Shown here piece by piece: positions 36,033-46,196 of a stretch of 64,000 nt of DNA; the first letter of the stretch is position 1, and every line of letters begins with the position of its first letter. A model generated the notes under the pieces. It was not told the DNA's origin. It saw only the letters and a program-made list of their open reading frames with translations, and made no database searches. Source of the DNA: Acidimicrobiia bacterium (lineage in GTDB: Bacteria; Actinomycetota; Acidimicrobiia; Spongiisociales; JAENVV01); assembly GCA_041628225.1 (NCBI GenBank), contig JBFKPQ010000001.1:13518-77517 (forward strand), given 5' to 3'. The translations under genes were made by a program, and so were the position numbers.

Positions 36033-37169
36033 GTGAGGGACGTGCTCGCAACCACGTGGAGCCGCTGGACCGTCCGTCTGCTGAGTATCGCGTTGGGCGT
36101 GACACTGGCGGCGGGGTTCACGGCCTGGCAGGCCTACCGGTCGATCGGTCAGGTGGAGCTCAACGTCTCCGAAGCACGCCTCACGCAGGCTGCGCTCACC
36201 GACGAAGCCCGATCGGAGTCTGCCCGCGCCTTCACAGAGGCCGAGGCCCGCCGGCTTGCCGATGAACTCGCCGCGACCGAGGAGGCCTTGCTGGCGGAAG
36301 AGCTGGCCCTGGCGGCGGCCGAAGGTCGCATCATCGATGCCGCCGATGAGACCAATCCCTTCGCCGCGTCGCCGCCCCTTCCGGACGAGATGTTCGATGC
36401 CTTCCTGCTCATCGGGGCCGACGCCTCGGGGTTCCTCGCCGACGCCATCATCCTGGTGCTGGAGCCGACGGACGGGAGCCGGCCGATGATGGTGTCGCTA
36501 CCCCGGGATCTGTACGTTCCCAATCCGTGCAGCGGCACGTACACGCGCATCAACGCCAACCTCAACGGCTGTCCCGGCGTGGCAGGCGGCTCCACCATGT
36601 TGTCGTGGGCGGTCGAAGATTTCACCGGGATCGCCGTGGACCGGTTCGCGAAGGTCGACTTCGAAGGTTTCGCCGACGTGATCGACGCCATCGGGGGCAT
36701 CGACCTGTGTTTCGAGTACCCGACGCGCGACGCCAAAGCCGACCTCGACGTGCCGGCGGGATGCCAGCGCGCCGACGGCGAAACGGCACTCGCCTGGGTG
36801 CGGTCGCGGCGGACGGAACAACTCGTCAACGGCGATTGGGTGTCGACCGGGGCCAGCGACTTCACCCGCCAGCGGCGTCAACAAGACGTTCTCTTTCTCG
36901 TCGCGTCTCGCCTGAACCGTTTCTCGTCGATCGGATCCTTTCGCCAGGTTGCGCAGTCGGTGTCCGATTCGGTCCGGCTCGACAGCGGCACCAGTTTTGG
37001 CGAAGCCATCGTTCTGGCGTGGGACCATCGCGGCATGCGTTCGGGTGACGTTCAACGTCTTTCGGTGCCGGTCGAGAACTACCGAACCTCCCAAGGCGCT
37101 GCCGTGCTGGTGCCGACCGAGTCGTTCAACGCCGTGCTTTCGGCCGCATATCCCGCCGCGCGGCGCTGA
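36033..37169 (+). CDS. LytR-CpsA-Psr (LCP) family cell-envelope phosphotransferase
   Basis: N-terminal TM, then LCP core (FLLIGADASG...MMVSLPRDLYV...GETALAWVRSRR). Confidence 0.75.
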   Translation: MRDVLATTWSRWTVRLLSIALGVTLAAGFTAWQAYRSIGQVELNVSEARLTQAALTDEARSESARAFTEAEARRLADELAATEEALLAEELALAAAEGRIIDAADETNPFAASPPLPDEMFDAFLLIGADASGFLADAIILVLEPTDGSRPMMVSLPRDLYVPNPCSGTYTRINANLNGCPGVAGGSTMLSWAVEDFTGIAVDRFAKVDFEGFADVIDAIGGIDLCFEYPTRDAKADLDVPAGCQRADGETALAWVRSRRTEQLVNGDWVSTGASDFTRQRRQQDVLFLVASRLNRFSSIGSFRQVAQSVSDSVRLDSGTSFGEAIVLAWDHRGMRSGDVQRLSVPVENYRTSQGAAVLVPTESFNAVLSAAYPAARR

Positions 37170-37185
37170 TCCTTACACTCGGCGC

Positions 37186-37620
37186 ATGACTACCAGTTTT
37201 CAGGTCACCTTCGATGCTCTCGATCCGGCGAGCTTGTCCGACTTCTGGGCCGCGGCTCTTGGGTACGTGGTTCCGCCGCCTCCACCCGAGTTCGAGTCGT
37301 GGGACGACTGGGCGACGGCGATGGAGATCCCACCCGAGAACTGGAATGACGCCCGCGCCCTCGTCGATCCCGACGGAGTCGGCCCGCGCATCTTCATCCA
37401 GCGGGTCCCGGAGGCCAAGGCGTCCAAGAACCGGCTGCATCTCGATCTCAATATCAGCGGCGGACCGTCGGAACCGTCCGAGACCCGGCGCGCTCGCGTC
37501 GACGCAGAGGTCGAGCGGCTGGCGACGGCCGGCGCGGCCGTCGTGGGACCGGTGGAGGAGCGAGGCGGATATTGGGTGGTGCTGCAGGACCCCGAGGGCA
37601 ACGAGTTCTGCGTCCACTGA
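37186..37620 (+). CDS. VOC/glyoxalase-family protein
   Basis: ATG at 37186 (MTTSFQVTFDALDPASLSDFWAAALGY..LHLDL..), 144 aa. Confidence 0.7.
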   Translation: MTTSFQVTFDALDPASLSDFWAAALGYVVPPPPPEFESWDDWATAMEIPPENWNDARALVDPDGVGPRIFIQRVPEAKASKNRLHLDLNISGGPSEPSETRRARVDAEVERLATAGAAVVGPVEERGGYWVVLQDPEGNEFCVH

Positions 37621-37621
37621 C

Positions 37622-38923
37622 TCACGGCAGCGTCGACGCCTCCACCCGTGCGAAGACGTCGCCGGTGTGGCGGAGGAAGCGCTCCGTGCTGAAGCATTGC
37701 GCCAGCACGGTCTCGTCGAGGGGCATCTCCGCGTCGGCGGCCAGCAACTCGTGCAGTGGTGTCTGTTCGTCCCAGGCGCGCATGGCGTTGCGCTGCACGA
37801 CCCGATAGGCGCGGTCGCGGTCGAACCCTGCGTCTTCGATGAGCGCCAGCAGCACGGCCTGGCTGAAGACGAGACCGCGAGTAGCGTCCAGGTTGGAGCG
37901 CATCCGCTCCGTATCGACCACGAGGTTCTCGACGAGTCCGGTGAACTTGACCGCCATGTAATCGAGGGCGAGGCAGGCATCGGCGAGGACGACCCGTTCG
38001 GCGGACGAGTGGCTGATGTCTCGCTCGTGCCACAGCGCCACGTTCTCGAGTCCCACCTGGGCGTAGCCGCGCAGGAGTCGTGCCATGCCGGTCATCCGCT
38101 CGGACAAGATCGGGTTGCGTTTGTGCGGCATGGCCGACGAACCCTTCTGCCCGGACTGGAACGCCTCGCGCACCTCGCCCACCTCGGAACGCTGCAGATG
38201 GCGTACCTCGGTCGCAAACCGTTCGATCGAAGCACCCGCCAGCGCGATGGCCGACAGGAACTCGGCGTGGCGGTCACGCATGGTGATCTGCGACGAGGCT
38301 GGTTCGGCCGCGATGCCCAGGCGCTCGCACACGAAGGCCTCCACCGATGGCGGCGTGTGCGCATAGGTACCGACGGCACCGGAGATCTTGCCGACCGCCG
38401 CGGCCTGTCGAGCCGCGGACAGGCGACGGTGCGTGCGCTCGAGTTCGAACACCCAGGTGGCGAGCTTCAACCCGAACGTCGTCGGCTCGGCCCAGATGCC
38501 ATGGGTGCGACCGATCATCACCGTGTTCCGATGCTCGAGTGCCTTCGCTTTCACTGCGGCGTGCAGGTCGTCGATCCGCCGCAGGAGGAGGTCGGCCGCC
38601 TCCTTGAGGCGGGCGCCACCAGCCGTGTCCAGCACGTCCGAGGACGTCAGGCCGTAATGAACCCACTCTCCTCCGGAGGCCGTCGATGCAGCCAGCACGT
38701 CGACGAAGGCCGCCATGTCGTGGTTGGTGATCGCCTCGCGCTCGGCGACTTGGCCAGGTGTGACATCGGGGGCGGCGCGGACCGCAGCTGCTGCCTCAGC
38801 GGGCGCGACACCCAGCGACACCCAGGCCTCCACGACGAGGGTCTCGACTTCCTTCCAGAGCGCGAACTTGTGGTCTTCCGACCATATGGCCGTCATCTCG
38901 GGCAGGCTGTATCGCTCGATCAC
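37622..38923 (-). CDS. purB: Adenylosuccinate lyase
   Basis: 433 aa with the fumarate-lyase signature (GSSAMPHKRNP). Confidence 0.9.
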   Translation of the reverse strand: MIERYSLPEMTAIWSEDHKFALWKEVETLVVEAWVSLGVAPAEAAAAVRAAPDVTPGQVAEREAITNHDMAAFVDVLAASTASGGEWVHYGLTSSDVLDTAGGARLKEAADLLLRRIDDLHAAVKAKALEHRNTVMIGRTHGIWAEPTTFGLKLATWVFELERTHRRLSAARQAAAVGKISGAVGTYAHTPPSVEAFVCERLGIAAEPASSQITMRDRHAEFLSAIALAGASIERFATEVRHLQRSEVGEVREAFQSGQKGSSAMPHKRNPILSERMTGMARLLRGYAQVGLENVALWHERDISHSSAERVVLADACLALDYMAVKFTGLVENLVVDTERMRSNLDATRGLVFSQAVLLALIEDAGFDRDRAYRVVQRNAMRAWDEQTPLHELLAADAEMPLDETVLAQCFSTERFLRHTGDVFARVEASTLP

Positions 38924-39000
38924 GTGGCGATCTTAGGACGCCGCCGGGAACCGGTTGGCCGTCGATAGAGTCTCGGGAAGGTGGAGAGAAAGGTGAACGG

Positions 39001-39324
39001 ATGATCGTCGTCAACACGGAGAGCGTGCCCGGGTATCGGGTCACCCAACTCAAGGGGCTCGTGCAAGGGAACACGATCCGGGCCAAGCACATCGGGCGTG
39101 ACATCGGCGCGTCGCTCAAGAACCTCGTCGGTGGCGAGTTGACGGGATATACCGAACTGCTCACCGAATCACGACGCCAGGCGATGGAGCGCATGATCCA
39201 GCAAGCCCAGCAGCTCGGCGCCAACGCCATCGTCAACGTCCGATTCACGACCTCGTCGGTTGCGGCCGGCGCAGCCGAGTTGTACTCCTACGGCACGGCC
39301 GTCGTCGTGGAACCTGTGGCATGA
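39001..39324 (+). CDS. YbjQ/UPF0145 family protein
   Basis: 107 aa (MIVVNTESVPGYRVTQLKGLVQGNTIRAK...GANAIVNVRF). Confidence 0.75.
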   Translation: MIVVNTESVPGYRVTQLKGLVQGNTIRAKHIGRDIGASLKNLVGGELTGYTELLTESRRQAMERMIQQAQQLGANAIVNVRFTTSSVAAGAAELYSYGTAVVVEPVA

Positions 39325-39791
39325 ACTCTGGAGACGCCTTCGGTCTGCTGTTCGCCCTCTTCGTGATCGCGGCGCCGTTCGCGCTGGGCATCATCGGCAA
39401 AGCACGGGAGAACCGGCACCTCGAAGACATCGCGCGGCGGTCTGCCACCCACCGGGACTTCCCGGTGGTCGACATTCCGCTTCTGCCCGCCGGTATGCAG
39501 GCGCGGGGTTCCGAGATCGTGCTCGGGCAGGTCGTCATCGCTTCGGACTACCTGAAGAACTTCTTTGCGCAGTATCGAGCCATCTTCGGCGGCGAGGTCA
39601 AGTCGTTCAGTCGGATGGTCGAACGCGGCAAGGAGGAAGCCCGCCTGCGCATGATCGAGGAAGCCCGTTCGAAGGGTGCGGCCGCGGTCATCAATGTCCG
39701 GTTCGAGACCTCCCAGATCGGCGCTTCACAGGGCCAGCGCGGCCAGGCGATGTCCGAGGTGCTCTGCTACGGGACCGCCATCTACGTGTGA
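39321..39791 (+). CDS. YbjQ/UPF0145 family protein with N-terminal TM helix (tandem paralogue)
   Basis: ATGA overlap with the previous gene. FALFVIAAPFALGII then UPF0145 core (GAAAVINVRFETSQ). Confidence 0.7.
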   Translation: MNSGDAFGLLFALFVIAAPFALGIIGKARENRHLEDIARRSATHRDFPVVDIPLLPAGMQARGSEIVLGQVVIASDYLKNFFAQYRAIFGGEVKSFSRMVERGKEEARLRMIEEARSKGAAAVINVRFETSQIGASQGQRGQAMSEVLCYGTAIYV

Positions 39792-40477
39792 TGCGTCACG
39801 AACCCGGCATCGAGCACGAACCGGCACTCGGTGCCGGCCGCGGGCCGGATGAAGGAGACGCCGTCCACGACGAACCGGCGCTCCACGGCGCGCCGGCCGG
39901 GCCACTGGATCCGAGCGATGCGGTCGGTGAAGAGCCGGCCCTGTCGAACGTGGGCTCGTTGCCGACCTACGCGCAGGTGTACCACGAACTCCGGCACGGC
40001 ACCTCGACCCGGTCGCGGTGGGCGTCGACGTTCGCTGTCGGATCGGCCACCGTGCTCGTCGGGTTCGCCGTCATCGCGTTGAGTTGGATCGTCAACCCGT
40101 TCTCGCGTGTCCCGGTGACGGGCGGGGCGGTGTTCGCGCCGGTCCTGTTCGCCCTCGTGAAAGCTTCGATCGGCCTCGTTTGGGTTGAGCGAAGACCTTG
40201 GCTGGTGCCGAATGCGGGCGCCGCCGTCGGCGTGGTGGCGGCTCCAGACGTGTTCGTCGCGGCCTCGCTGATCGCCGACACACCCACCGTTGCCACGGTC
40301 GTTGTAGCCGTCCTGGCGTTCGCGATCCCAGGCCTCGTCGCCGGACTCGGGGTGGCGCGGGTATGGGAGGCCATCCACGACGGGGGTCGGCGGCCGGACG
40401 CCACCACCGCCGTTCCGTGGCTCGCCGCGGCAGCCGGCCTGGTGACCGCGGTCCAGATCGCCATGTTGTTCCAGTGA
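39791..40477 (+). CDS. Hypothetical polytopic membrane protein
   Basis: In-frame ATG/GTG at the YbjQ stop. Strongly GC3-biased frame with four or five hydrophobic helices. Weakly supported call. Confidence 0.4.
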   Translation: MRHEPGIEHEPALGAGRGPDEGDAVHDEPALHGAPAGPLDPSDAVGEEPALSNVGSLPTYAQVYHELRHGTSTRSRWASTFAVGSATVLVGFAVIALSWIVNPFSRVPVTGGAVFAPVLFALVKASIGLVWVERRPWLVPNAGAAVGVVAAPDVFVAASLIADTPTVATVVVAVLAFAIPGLVAGLGVARVWEAIHDGGRRPDATTAVPWLAAAAGLVTAVQIAMLFQ

Positions 40478-41655
40478 GGAAGCTGTCGATCGGTCAGGCT
40501 CGCCGCGTGGCGCTCGCCGCCCAGGGATTCGCGGATCCTCCTCCGGCCGGTGCGGTAGATCGAAGGCACTTCCGCAGGGTCATGGGGCGCATCGGCCTCC
40601 TGCAACTCGACTCGGTGAACGTGCTGGTGCGCTCGCACTACCTCCCGATGTTCTCGCGTCTGGGCGCCTACGACATGGACCGGCTCGACGAGCACGCCTA
40701 CGGCAGCGGCGAATGGTTCGAGTACTGGGGCCATGAGGCCTCGGTGCTCCCCGTCGACGACTACCCGATGCTGCGGTACCGCATGACGAACCGCCGACCG
40801 TGGCGGGCGGTCCGCGAGATCCTCGACGACCATCCGGACTACATCGACCAGGTGATCCGAGAGATCGAAGCAGCGGGACCGTTGGCCGTCGGAGACCTGC
40901 AGGATCCCGGCGATCGGACGGGACCGTGGTGGGGATACGGAAAGGGCAAGTTGGTGCTGGAGTGGCTGTTCGCCACCGGCGTGGTGACGTGCTCGCATCG
41001 CCGCAACTTCACTCGGTATTACGACCTGGTCGAGAGGGTGCTTCCCGATCGTGTCCTGCGCGCCGAGCCGCTCTCCCAGATCGACGCGCACCGGCGGATG
41101 CTGGAGCGGGCTGCCCGGTTCCACGGTGTGGGGACCGACGACGATCTCGCCGACTACTACCGCATCAAGGTGACCGAAGCTCGGCCCCGTCTCGCTGAAC
41201 TCGTCGCCGACGGCGTGCTCATCGAGGTCGATGTCGATGGTTGGGATCGCACCGCCTACCTGCACGCCGACGCGGTCGTGCCGCGCACGATGCGGGCCAG
41301 CGGGTTCGTCAGTCCGTTCGATCCGGTCGTCTGGTACCGGCCCCGAGCCGAACGATTGTTCGGTTTTCACTACCGCATCGAGATCTATGTGCCGCAGCCG
41401 AAGCGGGTTTTCGGCTATTACGTCCTGCCGTTCCTGCACGACGGAGAATTGGTCGGACGCGCAGACCTCAAGTCTGACCGTCGCGCAAGCCGATTATTAG
41501 TACGTGGAGCGTTCATCGAGCCGCATCGCGACGAGCGTGCGGTCTCAGCAGCGATGGCCGACCACCTCTCCACCATGGCGAGATGGCTGGACCATGACGA
41601 CGTGGCCGTCGAATCGAACGGCGACCTCGCCGCGTCTCTGCGCGCCCACTTCTGA
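40474..41655 (+). CDS. YcaQ/AlkZ-like winged-helix DNA glycosylase family protein (DUF1006/HTH_42)
   Basis: GTG overlaps the previous stop. VRKLSIGQARRVALAAQGF.....GLLQLDSVNVLVRSHYLPMFSRLGAY.. is typical of this family; about 393 aa. Confidence 0.65.
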   Translation: MRKLSIGQARRVALAAQGFADPPPAGAVDRRHFRRVMGRIGLLQLDSVNVLVRSHYLPMFSRLGAYDMDRLDEHAYGSGEWFEYWGHEASVLPVDDYPMLRYRMTNRRPWRAVREILDDHPDYIDQVIREIEAAGPLAVGDLQDPGDRTGPWWGYGKGKLVLEWLFATGVVTCSHRRNFTRYYDLVERVLPDRVLRAEPLSQIDAHRRMLERAARFHGVGTDDDLADYYRIKVTEARPRLAELVADGVLIEVDVDGWDRTAYLHADAVVPRTMRASGFVSPFDPVVWYRPRAERLFGFHYRIEIYVPQPKRVFGYYVLPFLHDGELVGRADLKSDRRASRLLVRGAFIEPHRDERAVSAAMADHLSTMARWLDHDDVAVESNGDLAASLRAHF

Positions 41656-41667
41656 CGGGACCGAGCC

Positions 41668-43128
41668 GTGAAGCGGCTCGCCACGGTGATCGTGATGGCG
41701 GCCGATGAGGCAGTCGGCGAGCAGGTCGCCGAACTCGTCCGCACTGCCAAGTTGGCCACCGAGGTGCCCGTGGCCCGCACCGCCGGAGAAGGCGTTGGCC
41801 TGATGAGCAGCCGCAAGGTCGACGTGATCCTCCTGTTCGACGACTTCGAAGGCGCACCCGGAAAGACGGCCATCGAGACGATTCGGGCAGAGGGATGCCG
41901 TAGCCCCATTCTCGTGCTCGCTCGCGAGGACGACGAACAGGCCGCCGTCGCGATGATCGACCAAGGCGCCGATGATTATCTCGTGGTAGACAGCTTGACG
42001 GCCCCCGCTCTGACGCGCGCGGTTCGGTTCGCGTTGTCTCGCCATGAGACCGAACGAGAGCTGGCCGCGTCGGAACGTCGCAACGGCCGCCTGGCCGAGA
42101 TCATCTCAGCTGCCGAGGATCTCGTTCTGGTCATCGACTCGTGGGAGCGAGTCGTCTTCATGAACGAAGCCGCGGAGCGGTTCTTCGGCATCCAGGAGAC
42201 CGAGGGCGACACCAAGGTCAAGGCGGCAGACATCCTGTCCTCCATGGACGGAGACATGTGGCACCTGGCGCTTCCCGAACTCATCTTCGAGGGGAAGTGG
42301 AAGGGTGAGTTCGCCCTGCGCGACCAGCAGGGCAACGAAATCCGGCACGCCGTGACCGTGATCCACCACGAGCGGGGGGACGACTCCGAGGCGTTCTACT
42401 CGCTGGTGGCGAACGATCTGTCGGCATTGACGGCGGCCGCCGAGCGGGTGCACCTGCATGGGAAGATGCAGGCGAAGAGCCAGTTCGTCGCCAGCATCTC
42501 CCACGAGGTGCGCACACCGCTGACGGCCGTTCTTGGGTTCGCAGACCTGCTCGCCGACGGCGGCCTCGAAGGCGACGCCGAGGGCACGGCCGAGATCATG
42601 CGCCTGATCTCCGAACAGGCCCAGGAAGTGTCGAACATCATCGAGGACCTGATGGTGAACGCGCGGAGCGATGTCGGTCAGGTCGCCATCGTGCCCGCCA
42701 AGCTCGACCTCCTCGCCCAGGCGCGGGCCGCCGCCGAGCCTCTCGAGGCCTCGATGCCCGGTATGTCGGTCATCGGTGAGCACGTTCCGGCCGTCGCCGA
42801 CGAGGTGCGGGTGCGGCAGATCATCCGCAACCTGTTGACCAACGCCCGACGCTACGGGGGGCCCAACGTGATCGTGCGGGTCTCGGGCAACGGGTCGGAG
42901 TCGCTGGTCGCCGTGTGTGACGACGGCGAGGGCGTTCCCCCGGACCGACGAGACTCCATCTTCGAACCGTTCGAGACCTTCGGCGGGCAGGACACGCGCG
43001 CCGTGGCCGTCGGTTTGGGTCTTGCGGTGTCGCGGGAGTTGGCTCAGTTGATGGGCGGCGACCTCGGCTACGACTACGTCGACGGCTGGAGCCACTTCAC
43101 GCTCCGGTTGCCGGCCCCGGCGGCCTGA
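41668..43128 (+). CDS. Cytoplasmic hybrid sensor histidine kinase: degenerate receiver-like domain + PAS + HisKA + HATPase_c
   Basis: H-box [13 protein letters not shown]; N/G boxes ([27 protein letters not shown]). The N-terminal 120 aa have a receiver fold but lack the conserved Thr/Ser and Lys (VLARED, VVDS). Confidence 0.8.
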   Translation: MKRLATVIVMAADEAVGEQVAELVRTAKLATEVPVARTAGEGVGLMSSRKVDVILLFDDFEGAPGKTAIETIRAEGCRSPILVLAREDDEQAAVAMIDQGADDYLVVDSLTAPALTRAVRFALSRHETERELAASERRNGRLAEIISAAEDLVLVIDSWERVVFMNEAAERFFGIQETEGDTKVKAADILSSMDGDMWHLALPELIFEGKWKGEFALRDQQGNEIRHAVTVIHHERGDDSEAFYSLVANDLSALTAAAERVHLHGKMQAKSQFVASISHEVRTPLTAVLGFADLLADGGLEGDAEGTAEIMRLISEQAQEVSNIIEDLMVNARSDVGQVAIVPAKLDLLAQARAAAEPLEASMPGMSVIGEHVPAVADEVRVRQIIRNLLTNARRYGGPNVIVRVSGNGSESLVAVCDDGEGVPPDRRDSIFEPFETFGGQDTRAVAVGLGLAVSRELAQLMGGDLGYDYVDGWSHFTLRLPAPAA

Positions 43129-43129
43129 T

Positions 43130-43585
43130 CTACTCCAGCGTGGCGGCCGCCAGATCCGATCGGTACTCGGTCAGCTTGTTCGCCAAGCCGTCGTCGCCGA
43201 GCGCCAGGATCGCGATTGCCAGCAGAGCCGCGTTGGTGGCGCCGTCGATGGCGACGGTGGCAACGGGCACGCCCGTCGGCATCTGTACGGTGGCCAGCAG
43301 CGAATCCATCCCGTCGAGCGAGGCGGCGAGCGGTACGCCGATGACCGGGACGGTCGTCATTGCCGCCATGACACCGGCGAGATGAGCGGCCTTGCCGGCC
43401 CCGGCGATGATGACGCCGAAGCCCTCGGCTTTGGCAGCCTTGCCAAACGCAACGGCCGCGTCCGGCGTCTTGTGGGCGGACATCACCCGCATGACGTTGG
43501 GAACCCCGAAGTCATCGAGGACCCGAACGGCCTTCTCCATGACGGGCTTGTCCTTTGCCGATCCCATGAGCACGGCGACCTTCAT
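43130..43585 (-). CDS. purE: N5-carboxyaminoimidazole ribonucleotide mutase
   Basis: 151 aa ([19 protein letters not shown]...[10 protein letters not shown]). Confidence 0.9.
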   Translation of the reverse strand: MKVAVLMGSAKDKPVMEKAVRVLDDFGVPNVMRVMSAHKTPDAAVAFGKAAKAEGFGVIIAGAGKAAHLAGVMAAMTTVPVIGVPLAASLDGMDSLLATVQMPTGVPVATVAIDGATNAALLAIAILALGDDGLANKLTEYRSDLAAATLE

Positions 43586-44832
43586 GTTTCCTCCGCGATG
43601 TCGGTCCGATATTGCATGTTCGAAAACGAGATGGCCCCGACCGCGTCGTAGGCCTGTCGCCGTGCCGCGGCCACCGATGGGCCGCGACCGACGACGCTGA
43701 GGACTCGTCCCCCGGCGGTCACGAGCGCGCCTTCCTCGTCGGTGGTGCCGGCGTGGAAGATGAGCGCGTCGCTCGCCGCGAGGCCAGAGATCCGGTCGCC
43801 CTTCCGGGGTGCGACCGGGTACCCGTCGGCGGCCAGAACGACGTTGACGGCCGCCTGGTCACTCCAGGTCACTTGGGTGGACGACAAGCTCCCCGCGAGC
43901 GCGGCGTCGATGAGTGACACCAGGCTGGATTCGAGCCGGGGCAGGACGACCTGGGTCTCCGGGTCGCCGAGGCGACAGTTGAACTCGAGCACCTGGGGTC
44001 CGGCTTCCGTGAGCACGTAGCCCACATACAGAAACCCGACGTAGCGGTGGCCATCGGCCGCGAGTGTCGCCAGGACGGGTTCGATCACTTTGGTCGCCGT
44101 GAAGTCCATGATGCCTTCGGGCAGGTCGGCAACCGGCGAATAGGCTCCCATGCCGCCGGTGTTCGGTCCGAGGTCTCGGTCGAGCAGACGCTTGTAGTCA
44201 CGCGCCGGCTCGAGCAGCGTCGCCGAGCTGCCGTCGCAGATGGCGAAAATGCTCAGCTCCGGGCCGGAGAGGTATTCCTCGATGACCACGGTGCGGCCCG
44301 CGTCTCCGAATCGGCCGGACATGCAGTTGGTGACCCAAGCTTCGGCCTCGGTCCGGTCGGAGGTGACGAGGACGCCCTTGCCGGCGGCGAGTCCATCGGC
44401 TTTCACGACATACGGACCGTCGGCTGCACGCAGGTGCTCGATCGCAGGCGCCTCCGCATCGAACGCAGCCCATCGGGCGGTCGGGGCTCCCGCCCGGTCC
44501 ATGATCTGCTTGGCGTACGCCTTCGACGACTCGAGTCGCGCCCCGGCGCGCGTCGGCCCAAAGACCCGAACCCCGCGGGCGGTGAGTGCGTCGACGAGTC
44601 CTGCGGCGAGCGGCGCTTCTGGTCCGACCACCACGAGGTCGACGCCCTGGGCAACGGCCACGGCCGCGACGGCCCCGACGTCCGTGGGCGCGATCCCCTC
44701 GATGATCGGCCCGAGCTGTGCCAATCCGGGATTGCCGGGAAGCGAGATCAGTTCGGTGACGGCCGGGTCGCGTGCCAGGCTCCAACCGATGGCGTGTTCC
44801 CGGCCGCCTCCGCCGACGAGCAGGACCTTCAC
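43582..44832 (-). CDS. purD: Phosphoribosylamine-glycine ligase
   Basis: GTG at 44832 (VKVLLVGGGGREHAIGWSL..) overlaps the purA stop (GTGA). ATP-grasp fold; ATGA overlap with purE. Confidence 0.85.
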   Translation of the reverse strand: MKVLLVGGGGREHAIGWSLARDPAVTELISLPGNPGLAQLGPIIEGIAPTDVGAVAAVAVAQGVDLVVVGPEAPLAAGLVDALTARGVRVFGPTRAGARLESSKAYAKQIMDRAGAPTARWAAFDAEAPAIEHLRAADGPYVVKADGLAAGKGVLVTSDRTEAEAWVTNCMSGRFGDAGRTVVIEEYLSGPELSIFAICDGSSATLLEPARDYKRLLDRDLGPNTGGMGAYSPVADLPEGIMDFTATKVIEPVLATLAADGHRYVGFLYVGYVLTEAGPQVLEFNCRLGDPETQVVLPRLESSLVSLIDAALAGSLSSTQVTWSDQAAVNVVLAADGYPVAPRKGDRISGLAASDALIFHAGTTDEEGALVTAGGRVLSVVGRGPSVAAARRQAYDAVGAISFSNMQYRTDIAEET

Positions 44833-46103
44833 GAACGTGACAGGAGCTGCCGGCGCTCCGGGCCCACGGACACCCATCGGACGGGCGTGAGCGCGCGATC
44901 CTCGATGAACTCGACGTACTGTTGGGCTTCTTTGGGCAGGTCACCGAAGGTGCGGACGTCCGAGATGTCGGTCTTCCAGCCCGGCAACGTCTCGTAGACG
45001 GGCTGGCAGTTGTACAGCACGCGCTGCTGGCGCGGGAACTCCTGATACCGCTCACCCAGTGAGGTGTATCCGACGCACACCTTGATCTCGTCGAACGCCG
45101 AGAGGATGTCGAGCTTCGTGAGGAAGATGGCGGTGAGACTGTTGACCCTCACGGCGTAGCGAAGGGCGACGAGGTCGAGCCATCCGCAGCGGCGCCGGCG
45201 ACCTGTGACCGTGCCGTACTCTCCTCCGAGCTCGATCATGAGGTCGCCGGTCTCGTCGTGGAGCTCGGTCGGGAACGGCCCCGTGCCGACTCGCGAGATG
45301 TACGCCTTGGCGACGCCGATCACCTCGTCGATCGCCTTCGGGCCGATCCCCGTGCCGGTTAGGACCCCGCCGGCCGTCGGGCTCGACGACGTCACGAACG
45401 GGTAGGTGCCGTGGTCGATGTCCAGCAGCGTGCCCTGACCGCCTTCGAACAGGACCGTTTGGCCATCTCGCAGCGCCTCCCACACCAACAACGAGGTGTC
45501 GGTGACGTACGGGAGGAGGTGTTCGGCGTGGGTCAGGTATTCGTCGGCGATCTCGTCGGCGTTCATTGGCAGCTGGTTGTAGACCCGCGTGAGGACCTTG
45601 TTCTTCTCGACAAGCGCCAGTTCGAGCTTGTCGCGAAAGATCTTCGGATCGAACAGGTCCTGCACGCGGATGCCCGAGCGGGCGAATTTGTCGGTGTAGG
45701 CGGGTCCGATGCCCTTCTTCGTCGTCCCGATCTGGTTGCGCCCGAGATACCGCTCGATGATCGCGTCGATCTTGCGGTGATACGGCATGATGAGGTGGGC
45801 GTTCGACGAGATCTGCAGCTTGCCGGGATCGACGCCGCGGTCGGAAAGCATCGTCATCTCGTCCCTGAGCACGCGCGGGTCGATCACCACCCCCGAGGCG
45901 ATGACGGGCGTGACATGCGGGTACATGACACCGCTCGGTACCAACGAGAGGGCGAACTTCTCATCACCGACGATGATGGTGTGTCCCGCGTTGTTCCCGC
46001 CTTGATAGCGGACGGCCAGGTCGGCGGTCTCCGAGAAGAAGTCGACGACTCGACCCTTGCCTTCGTCTCCCCATTGAGCGCCGAGAACGATGGTGGCCGG
46101 CAT
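44829..46103 (-). CDS. purA: Adenylosuccinate synthetase
   Basis: Internal ATG at 46103 (MPATIVLGAQWGDEGKGRVVD..). GDEGKGK P-loop; 424 aa. The 5' 163 codons of the track ORF are not coding-like. Confidence 0.9.
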   Translation of the reverse strand: MPATIVLGAQWGDEGKGRVVDFFSETADLAVRYQGGNNAGHTIIVGDEKFALSLVPSGVMYPHVTPVIASGVVIDPRVLRDEMTMLSDRGVDPGKLQISSNAHLIMPYHRKIDAIIERYLGRNQIGTTKKGIGPAYTDKFARSGIRVQDLFDPKIFRDKLELALVEKNKVLTRVYNQLPMNADEIADEYLTHAEHLLPYVTDTSLLVWEALRDGQTVLFEGGQGTLLDIDHGTYPFVTSSSPTAGGVLTGTGIGPKAIDEVIGVAKAYISRVGTGPFPTELHDETGDLMIELGGEYGTVTGRRRRCGWLDLVALRYAVRVNSLTAIFLTKLDILSAFDEIKVCVGYTSLGERYQEFPRQQRVLYNCQPVYETLPGWKTDISDVRTFGDLPKEAQQYVEFIEDRALTPVRWVSVGPERRQLLSRS

Positions 46104-46196
46104 GTGTGTGCGTCCCTTTCCGTTACCCGGTGATCGTAGCCACCCCACCGCGGCCCCTCCCAAGCCGCAGAAATGTCGTCCGGGTAGGATCTGCCC

